Positions 27,525 through 36,728 of a stretch of 64,000 nt of DNA are shown one piece after another. Under the pieces are notes generated by a model that was not told the origin of the DNA, did no database searches, and was given only the letters and a program-made list of their open reading frames with translations. The position numbers and the translations under genes are program-made. The stretch's first letter is position 1. Each line of letters begins with the position of its first letter. Origin of the DNA: Candidatus Poribacteria bacterium. Lineage in GTDB: Bacteria; Poribacteria; WGA-4E; GCA-2687025. Location of the stretch: the NCBI GenBank assembly GCA_963665845.2, contig OY762492.1, forward strand, positions 1,312,001 through 1,376,000, in the 5' to 3' direction.

Positions 27525-28172
27525 TCATTGTCCTGACGCCGCAAACGCCGCTTGGCGAACCGCCATCTTGCGCCTTTCTGCCTCCATAACCGCCTCCAGC
27601 GCCTTCACCGCTTCGTCCAGTTCGCCGTCCCTGTTCTCGATCACATAATCGTAAAACTTCGCCGCCTGTATCTCGTTCAAGGCTGCTTCGGCGCGCGTTT
27701 CCTGTTGCTCTTTAGAGTCGGTTCCGCGCTGTATCAAACGCCGATTCAGCTCCTCCATGCTGGGCGGAATCAGCAGTATCAGCGCGGCAAGCGGATATTT
27801 TGCCCGTATCTGCGCCCCGCCTCTTGGATCAATCACCAGCAGGAGATCGTCGCCGACCTTCTGCGCCTCCTGTATCGTTCGGTTCAAGGTGCCGTATCGA
27901 TGCGCGCCGTACATCGTCGTCCATTCCGCCAGTTCGCCGTTCCGTATGCATGCGTCGAATTCGGCGCCGCTCATGAAAAAGTAGTCGACGCCATGCTGTT
28001 CTCCCGGTCTTGGGGGTCGCGTCGTCGCCGAGACGGAGCAGCGGGCGGAGTTTTTTTGGGCGTAAGCGTCCGCCACCGACGTTTTGCCGCAGCCTGAAGG
28101 TCCCGACAAAACCGCCAACACGGGCGGAGACGCCAACAGCTCTCGATAAAATGATATACCGTTTGAACGCAT
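27525..28172 (-). CDS. gmk: Guanylate kinase
   Basis: LSGPSGCGKT, SVSATTRPPRPGEQHGVDYFF, YGT, PPSMEEL.RRL..RGT. Confidence 0.96.
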   Translation of the reverse strand: MRSNGISFYRELLASPPVLAVLSGPSGCGKTSVADAYAQKNSARCSVSATTRPPRPGEQHGVDYFFMSGAEFDACIRNGELAEWTTMYGAHRYGTLNRTIQEAQKVGDDLLLVIDPRGGAQIRAKYPLAALILLIPPSMEELNRRLIQRGTDSKEQQETRAEAALNEIQAAKFYDYVIENRDGELDEAVKALEAVMEAERRKMAVRQAAFAASGQ

Positions 28173-28214
28173 GCATCCTCGCTATGGCAAACGTCATCAG
28201 CCGCCTTAGTATGA

Positions 28215-28243
28215 AGTGTAGCGCGCGGGGGCGGCGGAGTCAA
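28215..28243 (-). promoter_or_regulatory. sigma70 promoter for gmk-rpoZ
   Basis: TTGACT-17 bp-TACACT. Confidence 0.6.
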
Positions 28244-28257
28244 ATTGAGCGGCGACC

Positions 28258-28362
28258 GTTGAACGAACAAGCCTTTGTTATTGGGAAAAGGCTTCGTCAA
28301 CCAGATCGTTCCCCGCTTCCGCGAGGACATGCATTCCCGCGCAAGCGGAAATCCAGAGGCGG
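28258..28362. repeat. Partial MITE-like repeat
   Basis: Internal segment shared with the 43158 and 46981 copies; dRS3-like core at 28333-28352. Confidence 0.7.
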
Positions 28363-28396
28363 CGCGCGGCGGTTTTGCGTCCGACCGACGCCCTGC

Positions 28397-29518
28397 TCAC
28401 TCTTCTGTTTTGTTTGCGTCCGTTTCTTCTCGAATCGCTAGAAGCGCCCTCGACCTTATTTCCAGCCATGTGAGCAGCCATGCGAACATGCCTAAGCTGA
28501 ACGGAAATATCGCGGCGGAGAGCAGCATATTGGTCGTAAGGTACTTTCCCCGATGCCGCTGTATCTCTGTGATCGCTACAGTATCGTCGAAGTCAGAGTA
28601 TCCGATCTTGTTGTCATCCTGGGTCTGACGCAGCAGATCCCGCGCCGTCTCCTGCGCGTCTTGCATCTCTCTTAGATACGATGTCATCCTCGTATAATTG
28701 TCCAGCCAGTTGTGCGCCGAACTTTGCCCGCCAAGCGTCCCGGCGCTTGATGCGCACATGCACCAGAGGATCAAAAATATGAGCGCCATCTTTCCGATAC
28801 CCTTGTCCTTTATAAGCCGTATCCCGCGGCTGTCCGACCTGGGCGTCTGGATTAAGTATCTGGTCAACACCCAGGAAGCAACCAAAAAACATGCAATCGA
28901 AATCGGCAGCGCAATCCGCATCGTCTCGCGCGTCGATTTTTTCTCCTGTTTAATGGCGTCGTCTACCATGGAATCCAGCCGCTTCTTTGCGTCCGGCCAT
29001 TTTTTCAGGTCGCCGTCCATGAGGGCGTTTTCCAGCTCCGCCCATGACGCGCTTTCGGGCAGATCATACAGCGCGCGAATGGTGGGGTATTCCGCGTCTT
29101 CTGGATGTTCCGCAACCCGCCGCCGCTCATACTCTGCCGCCTGCTTGAAACGGCGCATGAGCGCCGGACCGAAATGCAGCATATCTAGATTGTCTTTAAA
29201 AACGGCGCCGCGCTCTAAGACCCGTTCAAAATGCGCCTTCAGTTTTGCAGTTTGCGCCTCGCTTTTCTCGATGCCCAGGTCGAAGCGCATCGCGGAGGCG
29301 AGCGCGTCGGCGTTTTGCGGACCGATGTAGCGGGGTCGGATTTCATTTTTGCTTTGGACGAACCATTCGCCGTTCGGTTCATCCGCGTCGATCTTCGCTT
29401 TCAGGTCTAGGGCGAGATGAAAAGAATAGCAGTAACCCAGAATGATTCCCGCCGCGAGAACGATTTTGAACGCGCGGGCGAATATGCCGCGCAAGTTACG
29501 GCGCGTTCCATTTTTCAT
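28397..29518 (-). CDS. Hypothetical multi-TM protein (tandem paralog B)
   Basis: 373 aa ORF; N-terminal ~195 aa nearly identical to 29532-30629. Confidence 0.8.
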   Translation of the reverse strand: MKNGTRRNLRGIFARAFKIVLAAGIILGYCYSFHLALDLKAKIDADEPNGEWFVQSKNEIRPRYIGPQNADALASAMRFDLGIEKSEAQTAKLKAHFERVLERGAVFKDNLDMLHFGPALMRRFKQAAEYERRRVAEHPEDAEYPTIRALYDLPESASWAELENALMDGDLKKWPDAKKRLDSMVDDAIKQEKKSTRETMRIALPISIACFLVASWVLTRYLIQTPRSDSRGIRLIKDKGIGKMALIFLILWCMCASSAGTLGGQSSAHNWLDNYTRMTSYLREMQDAQETARDLLRQTQDDNKIGYSDFDDTVAITEIQRHRGKYLTTNMLLSAAIFPFSLGMFAWLLTWLEIRSRALLAIREETDANKTEE

Positions 29519-29531
29519 TCGTCAGGCTCCG

Positions 29532-30629
29532 TCAGCGTGTCCGCATTAGATTGAAGTACTGCCTCCACCCTATGCCCAGCCATTTCAACATGCCAAAGCT
29601 GATCGGGAGTATCGCGGCAAAGACCAGCGTACTGGTCGCAATGTACTTTCCCCGAGGCCGCCGCATTTCTGTTATCGCTACATGATAGTCGAAGTCAGAG
29701 TAACCGAACTTATTGTCTTCTCTGATCCGACGCAGCAGATCACGCGCTGTCTGCTTCGTTTCCTGCGGTTCCTGCGTCATTCTTAGAAACGTTTTCAGCA
29801 TCGTATAATCGTCCCGCCAGTTGTGCGCCAAATCCGGCCCGCCAACTATGAAGAGGCTGGATCCAAAAGCGCACCAGATGAGCAATACTACGAGCGCTAT
29901 CTTTGCTTTTCCCTTGCCCTGTATAAGCCGTATACCGCGGCTGTTGGATTTGAGCGCCTGGACGAGAGATTTGGCCAACGCCCAGGAACCCCACAATATA
30001 GGTATCAGCAAAGCCGGCAGCACAATCAGCAGCGTCTCGCGCGTCGATTCTTTCTCGCGTTTAATGGCATCGTCTACCCAGTCATCCAGCCGCTTCTTTG
30101 CGTCCGGCCATTTTTTCAGGCCTCCGTCCATGAGGGCGTTTTCCAGCTCCTCCCATGACGCGCTTTCGGGCAGATCATACAGCGCGCGAATGGAGGGGTA
30201 TTCCGCGTCTTCAGGATGCTCCGCAACCCGCCGCCGTTCATACTCTGCCGCCAGCTTGAAACGGCGCATGAGCGCATGACCGAAATGCAGCATATCCATG
30301 TTGTCTTGAAAGACGGCGCCGCGCTCTAAGACCCGCTCAAAATGCGCCTTCAGTTTTGCAGTTTGCGCCTCGCTTTTCTCGATGCCCAGGTCGAAGCGCA
30401 TCGCGGAGGCGAGCGCGTCGGCGTTTTGCGGACCGATGTAGCGCGGTCGGATTTCATTTTTGCTTTGGACGAACCATTCGCCGCTCGGTTCGTCCGCGTT
30501 GATCGTCGCTTTCATATCTAGGGCGAGATGAACGGCATAGCAATAACCCAGAACGATTCCCGCCGCGAGAACGATTTTGAGCGCGCGGGCGGATATGCCG
30601 CGCAATTTGCGGCGCGTTCCATTTTTCAT
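29532..30629 (-). CDS. Hypothetical multi-TM protein (tandem paralog A)
   Basis: 365 aa ORF with four hydrophobic segments; paralog of the adjacent gene. Confidence 0.8.
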   Translation of the reverse strand: MKNGTRRKLRGISARALKIVLAAGIVLGYCYAVHLALDMKATINADEPSGEWFVQSKNEIRPRYIGPQNADALASAMRFDLGIEKSEAQTAKLKAHFERVLERGAVFQDNMDMLHFGHALMRRFKLAAEYERRRVAEHPEDAEYPSIRALYDLPESASWEELENALMDGGLKKWPDAKKRLDDWVDDAIKREKESTRETLLIVLPALLIPILWGSWALAKSLVQALKSNSRGIRLIQGKGKAKIALVVLLIWCAFGSSLFIVGGPDLAHNWRDDYTMLKTFLRMTQEPQETKQTARDLLRRIREDNKFGYSDFDYHVAITEMRRPRGKYIATSTLVFAAILPISFGMLKWLGIGWRQYFNLMRTR

Positions 30630-31237
30630 TCGTCTGGCTCCGTCAGCGCGTCCGCCTGCCTGCGCAGCTGTTGCAGGTTTGTTGCCAGCTGTCGGAACGC
30701 GCCTTGAGCCGCCATCTGTGCTGACAGCGCCGATTCGGGCGCGGCCGTTTCGATCAGCCTGAACCGCTGAACATACCCCATCGCGCGTTCATACTGCGCC
30801 GGCAGCGACTCCAGCCGGTCGTAGAAATCGGCGGTTTGAAGCGTTTTCGGGTCGCGCATGTTCAGCTTGCCGGACGCCAGTTTCCATCGAGACGCGCTGA
30901 AGTCGGGGGTCAAACGTTCGGCGCGGGCAAAATCGCCGTCCGCGGCCGCCTCCGCCGCGGAAGACAATGCCGCCAGCGCCGCCGCGTTCGCGCTTATCTC
31001 CTGTTCAAGAGCCTCGTATGCCGCCTCAAACTGTGACATGCGCAGACGCTCCATAAAGACGTATCCGCCGAGAAACGGTCCGATCAAGACAGCCGCCGCT
31101 ATCAAGACAACGGGCAGGCGCCGTTTCAACCATCTGCGCAGGACGCTCCGCTCCACCGGCAGCGTCCTGTCCGCATACGAATCCACCCGCACCTCCGACA
31201 GCTCTTCGCCGCTGGCGTCTGTTTTTTTTGCCGTCAA
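30626..31237 (-). CDS. Hypothetical single-TM protein
   Basis: TM LPVVLIAAAVLIGPFLGGYVF; ATGA-coupled to the downstream gene. Confidence 0.6.
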   Translation of the reverse strand: MTAKKTDASGEELSEVRVDSYADRTLPVERSVLRRWLKRRLPVVLIAAAVLIGPFLGGYVFMERLRMSQFEAAYEALEQEISANAAALAALSSAAEAAADGDFARAERLTPDFSASRWKLASGKLNMRDPKTLQTADFYDRLESLPAQYERAMGYVQRFRLIETAAPESALSAQMAAQGAFRQLATNLQQLRRQADALTEPDE

Positions 31238-31268
31238 CTGCCCGCCTTTCCGTATTCCGTCGATATTC

Positions 31269-31297
31269 TTGTCAACCGTATCGCCTCATGCTATGTT
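31269..31297 (+). promoter_or_regulatory. sigma70 promoter for the lpoB-like operon
   Basis: TTGTCA-17 bp-TATGTT with an extended TG. Confidence 0.5.
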
Positions 31298-31344
31298 AAA
31301 GATACCTGTAAACAGCAGCGTTGTCATTGTTCAGGAGCATCCGA

Positions 31345-31962
31345 ATGAAACGATACGTCGCGCAGATCGCTTGTTTTTCGATGATCGTTATGCTGGCAGC
31401 CGCCGCTGGATGCGGTTCCGGCAAGAGAGTCACGCGCCTGGATCCGTCCGAAGTGGTGGACCTGTCGGGTCGGTGGAACGACACCGATTCGCAGCAGGTG
31501 GCGCAACAAATGATCATGGACTGCATCAACCATATCTGGATCACACAATTCACCAGCTCCAACGGCGGCAAAAAGCCGATCGTCATCGTCGGGTCGATTC
31601 GCAACCGCGGGATGGAGCATATTCCCGCCGCCACCTTCATCACGGACATTGAGCGGGCGTTCATCAATTCGGGCCGCGTTTCCGTTGTGGCGAGCGCCGA
31701 GGAGCGCAGCGAGCTGCGCGACGAACGGCTTGACCAGCGCGCCAACGCCAGCCTGGACACCATCAAAGAGATGGGTCGGGAGCTTGGAGCCGACTACATG
31801 ATGACGGGCGAAGTGAACACCATCGAAGACCGCGAGGGAGGCGAGCAGGTTCTGTTTTATCAGGTCGACCTGACGCTCACCAACATCGAGACGAACGAAA
31901 AGGTCTGGATTCACTCTGTAAAACCGAAGAAGTACATTCAGCGAAAACGAACCGTTCTATAA
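31345..31962 (+). CDS. LpoB-like (penicillin-binding protein activator family) lipoprotein
   Basis: Lipobox AAGC, DLSGRWNDTDS, I.N...EHI, GADYM..G.V, YQVDL.L..IETNEKVW; AGGAG RBS. Confidence 0.8.
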   Translation: MKRYVAQIACFSMIVMLAAAAGCGSGKRVTRLDPSEVVDLSGRWNDTDSQQVAQQMIMDCINHIWITQFTSSNGGKKPIVIVGSIRNRGMEHIPAATFITDIERAFINSGRVSVVASAEERSELRDERLDQRANASLDTIKEMGRELGADYMMTGEVNTIEDREGGEQVLFYQVDLTLTNIETNEKVWIHSVKPKKYIQRKRTVL

Positions 31963-33323
31963 TGAGGACGAACCTTGCGCTGCGTTTGGGGGCGTCTCTG
32001 TGCGCGCTTCTGCTCGCGGGATGCTCCCAATACAACATGGAGGCGCAGCGTCGGCAGATGGAGCAGGGGGCGTACGCCGAAGCGGTTGAGACGCTGAAAA
32101 AGGACCTGAAGCCTGTCCTTCCCGACCTGCTTGAGCTGGGGCTTGTCGCGCATTATGCGGACGATTACCAGACAAGCAACAACGCTTTTGAGATCGCCGA
32201 AGCGGTCTCGGAAGACCTTTACACGCGCCGCCTCTCCACGGAAGCGGCGGCGCTGGCGACGAACGACACCGTCCGTCCATACCCAGGCTCCCGCGTTGAG
32301 CGGCTGCTGATCCACTACTACCGCGCGTTGAATTACGTGTACGACGGCCATGTGGACGGCGCGCTTGTTGAGGCGAGGCGGGGGCTGCGGCTCATTCAAT
32401 ATTACGCGGACGAGGACGACGATTACGCCTTTGAAGCGGCGGCGTTCCATGCGTATTTTGCGGGCATGCTGTTTGAGTGGGCGGGGGAAACGAACGACGC
32501 CTTCATCTCCTACCGCGCGGCTGAACAGTACTACAGCGCCTACGCCGATTCCGGCGGCGTCAAAGCCCCGCCGGACATTGGACGGCGGCTTGTTCTTCTC
32601 GCGCGTCAATTGAACTTCGCGCAGGAAGCGGAGCTTTTTGAAAAAAAATACGGCGCGCCCGAACCGTCTAACGACGGAATGGGCGAGCTGATTATCCTGT
32701 ATGAGTCCGGCTTTGGACCGCATAAGGAGGAGATGAACGTTGTCATTCCGATACTGAAAGGGGACGCGTACGACGACGAGAAGCAGCGGGATAAACACCG
32801 CCGCCGAGCCGACGGGTACGCGGCTTCTATAACCGCTGGGGATGCGATCGACTATGTGGAGGATGAGCTGGATTATCTTTTGCGGATTGCGCTGCCGAGG
32901 CTGAAAAAGACGCCCCCTGCGCTGACAAGCGTTGAGGCGTCCGCCGCCGGCGTTCAAGCGAAGAGCGTTCTGGCGGAGGATATCAATAAAGCGTCGGATC
33001 GAACCTACCGCTCCGAGCTGCCGGGAATGGCGCTGCGGGCGATTCTTCGCGGCGTCGTGAAACATAAGGCGCATGGCGCCGCGAAAAAAAAGGGCGAAGG
33101 CGCTGAAATCGCCATGGAGCTGTTTAACTTCTTCTCTGAAAACGCCGACACGCGCTCCTGGCAAACGCTGCCGGCGACGGTGAACGTACTGCGAATGGAG
33201 CTGCCGCCGGGAACGCATCCGGTTCAGCTTCGTTTCGACGGCGGCGGGCGAACGCATACCATTCCAGATGTGGAGATACTCCCGAACAGGATCACCATTT
33301 TCAACTTCCGCACGTATGAATGA
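31962..33323 (+). CDS. COG3014-like lipoprotein (usual partner of the LpoB-like gene)
   Basis: Lipobox LAGC, PY.G...E.LL.HYY.ALNY, ALVEARR, ADTRSWQTLP. Confidence 0.8.
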   Translation: MRTNLALRLGASLCALLLAGCSQYNMEAQRRQMEQGAYAEAVETLKKDLKPVLPDLLELGLVAHYADDYQTSNNAFEIAEAVSEDLYTRRLSTEAAALATNDTVRPYPGSRVERLLIHYYRALNYVYDGHVDGALVEARRGLRLIQYYADEDDDYAFEAAAFHAYFAGMLFEWAGETNDAFISYRAAEQYYSAYADSGGVKAPPDIGRRLVLLARQLNFAQEAELFEKKYGAPEPSNDGMGELIILYESGFGPHKEEMNVVIPILKGDAYDDEKQRDKHRRRADGYAASITAGDAIDYVEDELDYLLRIALPRLKKTPPALTSVEASAAGVQAKSVLAEDINKASDRTYRSELPGMALRAILRGVVKHKAHGAAKKKGEGAEIAMELFNFFSENADTRSWQTLPATVNVLRMELPPGTHPVQLRFDGGGRTHTIPDVEILPNRITIFNFRTYE

Positions 33324-33649
33324 AACTTGCCGCGTTTCTTCATTCCAGCGCGGAGAGCGTCCCCGCTTTTGATAAACGGTTGGCGGAGCTGGCGCCTGAT
33401 CTGCCGGTTCGGCATGCGGCGTTGACGCATCTCGCAGGGATCGAGAATAAGCGGCTGCAGACGGAGGCGGCGCTGGCTGTCCATGAAGAGACGGAGGCGG
33501 GGGCTGTCGTCGTTCTGTGCGTCTGTCCGCGCCTCGCCGAGGCGGCGGAAGCGGCATGCCTCAATACGCTCCGCGCCGACATTGAGGACCCGACCGACGC
33601 GATCATGCAAGCCGCCGAGGCGTACCGAAAAGCGGTTGGAAACGCATGA
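33320..33649 (+). CDS. Small protein resembling the N-terminal half of Asp/Glu/hydantoin-racemase-like proteins
   Basis: AFLHSS..VPAFD..LAELAP...GAVVVLCVC; overlaps both neighbours by ATGA. Confidence 0.5.
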   Translation: MKLAAFLHSSAESVPAFDKRLAELAPDLPVRHAALTHLAGIENKRLQTEAALAVHEETEAGAVVVLCVCPRLAEAAEAACLNTLRADIEDPTDAIMQAAEAYRKAVGNA

Positions 33650-34524
33650 GCGCCGAAACCGTCGGGCTGATTGGAATCGGGCTTGCGGGTACGGCGATTG
33701 CGGAGCGCCTTCTCGCCGCCGGCTGCCGCGTTGAAGGGTACGACATCGACCCGAATCGTCTGTCCGCGCTGGAGAAGCTGGGCGGACGGCGCATTGCTCA
33801 TTTAAACCAACTAAGCGCCGAGACCGTATTTCTATCCCTGCCGGACGCTGAAACCGTTCAAGAAGCGCTTCTGGGAGAAGATGGCGTTTTTTCAGGCGCC
33901 GCGTCGGTTCGCGCCGTCGTTGACGCGACGACAGGCGACCCGCGCGCGAGCGTTCAGTTTGAAAAACGGCTGCGGAAGTTCGGCGCCGAGTATCTGGACG
34001 CGCCCATCTCTGGTTCAAGCGCGCAGATACGCGCCGGGGAGGCGGTGTTCATGGCGGGCGGACGGCGCCCGGCGTTTGAACGGCTGCGCCCGCTCCTGGA
34101 AAGCGCGCTGCCGCGCGTCGTCTATATCGGCGGGCCGGGTTTCGGAATGAAGGCGAAACTGGCGACGAACCTGCTGCTTGGGTTGAACAGAGCGGCGCTG
34201 GCGGAGGCGCTGCTGTTTGCCGAGTCGCAAGGTCTGGATCGGGGCGGTTTTTTAGAGCTGGCGAAAGCGACGCCCGCGCGCTCCGGCGCCATCGACGCGA
34301 AAGGCGAAAAGCTGGCGCGGGAAGATTTCACCCCGCAATCGCGCGCGTCGCAGCATCTGAAAGACCTGCGTCTGATTCTGGAATGCGCGGAGGAAACGAA
34401 CCTGCGGCTGCCGTTCGCCGATCAGCATGCGCGTCTGCTGGAGCGGCTCTGCGCGGACGGGATGGGCGGCTTAGACAGCGCCGCCGTTCTCCTCGCGATA
34501 CGAAACAGCGGCGCTAGCGAATAA
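33646..34524 (+). CDS. NAD(P)-dependent oxidoreductase, 3-hydroxyisobutyrate/2-hydroxy-3-oxopropionate reductase family
   Basis: GLIGIGLAG, YLDAPISGS, AKLATNLL, KDL.LI. Confidence 0.9.
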   Translation: MSAETVGLIGIGLAGTAIAERLLAAGCRVEGYDIDPNRLSALEKLGGRRIAHLNQLSAETVFLSLPDAETVQEALLGEDGVFSGAASVRAVVDATTGDPRASVQFEKRLRKFGAEYLDAPISGSSAQIRAGEAVFMAGGRRPAFERLRPLLESALPRVVYIGGPGFGMKAKLATNLLLGLNRAALAEALLFAESQGLDRGGFLELAKATPARSGAIDAKGEKLAREDFTPQSRASQHLKDLRLILECAEETNLRLPFADQHARLLERLCADGMGGLDSAAVLLAIRNSGASE

Positions 34525-34536
34525 AGAGGCGCCGCC

Positions 34537-35556
34537 TTAAAACGAAACGACCGCCTTCACCGCGCCTGACGACGGGTCTGTCCAGCCTTCAAACGCCTCA
34601 ATCATCTCCTCCGCCGAGGCGCGCCGGTTGATCCAGGCGCCGGCGTCGATCAACCCGCGCTCCATCTGCTGAACGACCGCCGCAAAGTCGGACGGCGCCG
34701 CGTTTCGAGACGCCATGAGCGTCAGCTCCTTGCGGTGAAATTCAGGATCGTCAAACGAGACGCGCGCCTGCGCCAAGCCGACCAGAACAAGCCGACCCCC
34801 GCTGGACGCATACGCAAAGCTTGCCTCCATCGATGCGGTGCTGCCGGTCGCGTCCATCACAAGCGCGGGAAGCGCGCCGCCTGTGATCTCCAATAAGCGC
34901 GTCGGCGCATCTTCTTCAGCCGCGCAGATCGTATGTTCAACCCCAAGCGTTTCTCGACAGAAACGGAGCCGGTCCGCGTTCAGATCCGCCGCGATGAGAC
35001 GCGCCCCCTCCAGCTTCGCCGCTGTCATGACGCTCAACCCGATCGGTCCCGCCCCGACAACGAGCGTCCATTCGCCCTCCGCCGGCTGCCCGCGCGACGC
35101 GGCATGCCGCCCGATGCAGAGCGTTTCGACCAGCGCCAGCTGATCAAAGCTGAGCGCGTCGGAGCGGTGCAGCTTGCGTATCGGAACCTCAATCAGTTCG
35201 CGCATTCCGCCGTCCACATGGACGCCCATGACGCAGAGCCGCTCGCAGCAGTTCGGCTTGCCCATTCGGCAGGCGGCGCATTCTCCGCAGTCCAGGTACG
35301 GCTCAACGGCGCATCGGTCGCCGGGGCGTATGCCGCGCGCGTTCTCTTCCGCCTCAACCACCTCCACGCCCAGCTCATGCCCCAGAATGCGCGGATAGGT
35401 GAAGAACGGCTGACGCCCGCGGTACGCATGCAGGTCGGTTCCGCAGACGCCGACGCTGCGCACTTTCACAAGCGCGTTTCCAGGTTGAGCGCGCGTCGGC
35501 GCGGGCGTCTCCGCGGAGGCAAAACGCCCCGGGCGCTCCAGTACGATCGTTTTCAT
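34537..35556 (-). CDS. Zn-dependent alcohol dehydrogenase (L-galactonate dehydrogenase/YjjN-like)
   Basis: GVCGTDLH, YPRILGHE, C..C..C.......C, GAGPIG, FHRKELTLMASRNA. Confidence 0.9.
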   Translation of the reverse strand: MKTIVLERPGRFASAETPAPTRAQPGNALVKVRSVGVCGTDLHAYRGRQPFFTYPRILGHELGVEVVEAEENARGIRPGDRCAVEPYLDCGECAACRMGKPNCCERLCVMGVHVDGGMRELIEVPIRKLHRSDALSFDQLALVETLCIGRHAASRGQPAEGEWTLVVGAGPIGLSVMTAAKLEGARLIAADLNADRLRFCRETLGVEHTICAAEEDAPTRLLEITGGALPALVMDATGSTASMEASFAYASSGGRLVLVGLAQARVSFDDPEFHRKELTLMASRNAAPSDFAAVVQQMERGLIDAGAWINRRASAEEMIEAFEGWTDPSSGAVKAVVSF

Positions 35557-36728
35557 CCCGCCTGCAAGCCTTCAATATGACGCCCTAGATGCGCCTCCAA
35601 GAGAGACGCATGCAGCTCCGCATGCGCATGAAGCGTCTCCATGAGCCTGTCCTTGAACCGATTCCGCGGATCTGCCAGAACGGAGCCGAAAGTTACATGC
35701 AAAACCTGCCGCCCGCCGTTCTCGTCCAGAAACGCTTTTTCCCGCTCCGTTTCGTTTAGGTCCGCGGGTTTGGGAACGCGCCGAAGGTCCGCGGAGATAT
35801 GGTAGGTGGCGCGGTCCGTCTCAAAGCGGGTCAAGGCGAACTCGGCAATCTCCCGAAACAGCGGCGCGTTCTGCCGCGCGGCGACGCGCAGCGCCTCCAG
35901 ATAGCTGGTTCCCGCCGTTTTCACATGCAGCAGATCGCCGCACACCCGCCCGATGATCGGATACAGGGCGAACTTGTCCGAACCGCTGTGGACGCTCAAC
36001 TTATACGGTCCACAGGCGCGCGCGAGCGCGGCATGCTTTCGCAGCGACGCTTCAAAGGTTTTGAGGCAGCCCTTGTAGTCGATTCCTTTTTCAAAACTGC
36101 CGACATAGCGCGGGGCGAGGCTCACAATCGGAACGCTGCGCCGTTTCAGCTCCAGCCCGATGAACAGATGCTCAAGCGGCGTTGTCGGCTCCTCCGTCTC
36201 ATCGACGGAGATTTCGATCTCATGTTCAGGAGCGGCCTCGGCGATCCAGCGCGCCGTCTCTTCAGCCTTGTCTAAGGCGCGCCCGTATTTTCGTACAGCC
36301 GCCGACAAACTCTCTTTCTCAAATGTCACGGCGAACTCGTCCAGCTCGCGCGTCGTTCCCAGATAAAGCGACTCGTACCTCTTGACCGCTTCAGGCGCAG
36401 GCGGCTTGTCAACCTCCTCGGACGGGTCGATTGTAAAAAAGGTGTAGCCCGCCTTCGCCCATTGAAACACATCCTCGCGCGTTTTCAGATGGTCGGCGTC
36501 CGCGCCCCATGCGCCGTTCCAACCCTCGCTTTGGACGGCTTCCCGCGCGGCGGAGAGCGTCTCTTCAGGGGTACGGCGCGTTCTGGCGATCTCGCGGGCG
36601 GACTGCTGCGCAAACACAGGCGCATACGGACCCTTCCGCGCGGCGCGCACATGCCCAGGACCCGCCAAACCGAGCCGGTCGCCAAAGCCGAACGAAGGCT
36701 TTAACCCTAACAGAGACGGACCGCTCAT
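35553..36728 (-). CDS. uxaE: Tagaturonate/fructuronate epimerase
   Basis: SFGFGDRLGLA, AQQS.RE..RT, GADADHLK, SVHSGSDKF, HVKTAGTSYLEAL; start ATG 36728. Confidence 0.9.
   Translation of the reverse strand: MSGPSLLGLKPSFGFGDRLGLAGPGHVRAARKGPYAPVFAQQSAREIARTRRTPEETLSAAREAVQSEGWNGAWGADADHLKTREDVFQWAKAGYTFFTIDPSEEVDKPPAPEAVKRYESLYLGTTRELDEFAVTFEKESLSAAVRKYGRALDKAEETARWIAEAAPEHEIEISVDETEEPTTPLEHLFIGLELKRRSVPIVSLAPRYVGSFEKGIDYKGCLKTFEASLRKHAALARACGPYKLSVHSGSDKFALYPIIGRVCGDLLHVKTAGTSYLEALRVAARQNAPLFREIAEFALTRFETDRATYHISADLRRVPKPADLNETEREKAFLDENGGRQVLHVTFGSVLADPRNRFKDRLMETLHAHAELHASLLEAHLGRHIEGLQAG

Noticed and set aside
31938-33557. Long antisense ORFs (this one, and 17258-18526, 25001-25960, 37142-38215, 49169-50104)
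   Set aside because: These are shadow ORFs of well-supported genes in high-GC DNA with no recognisable motifs.
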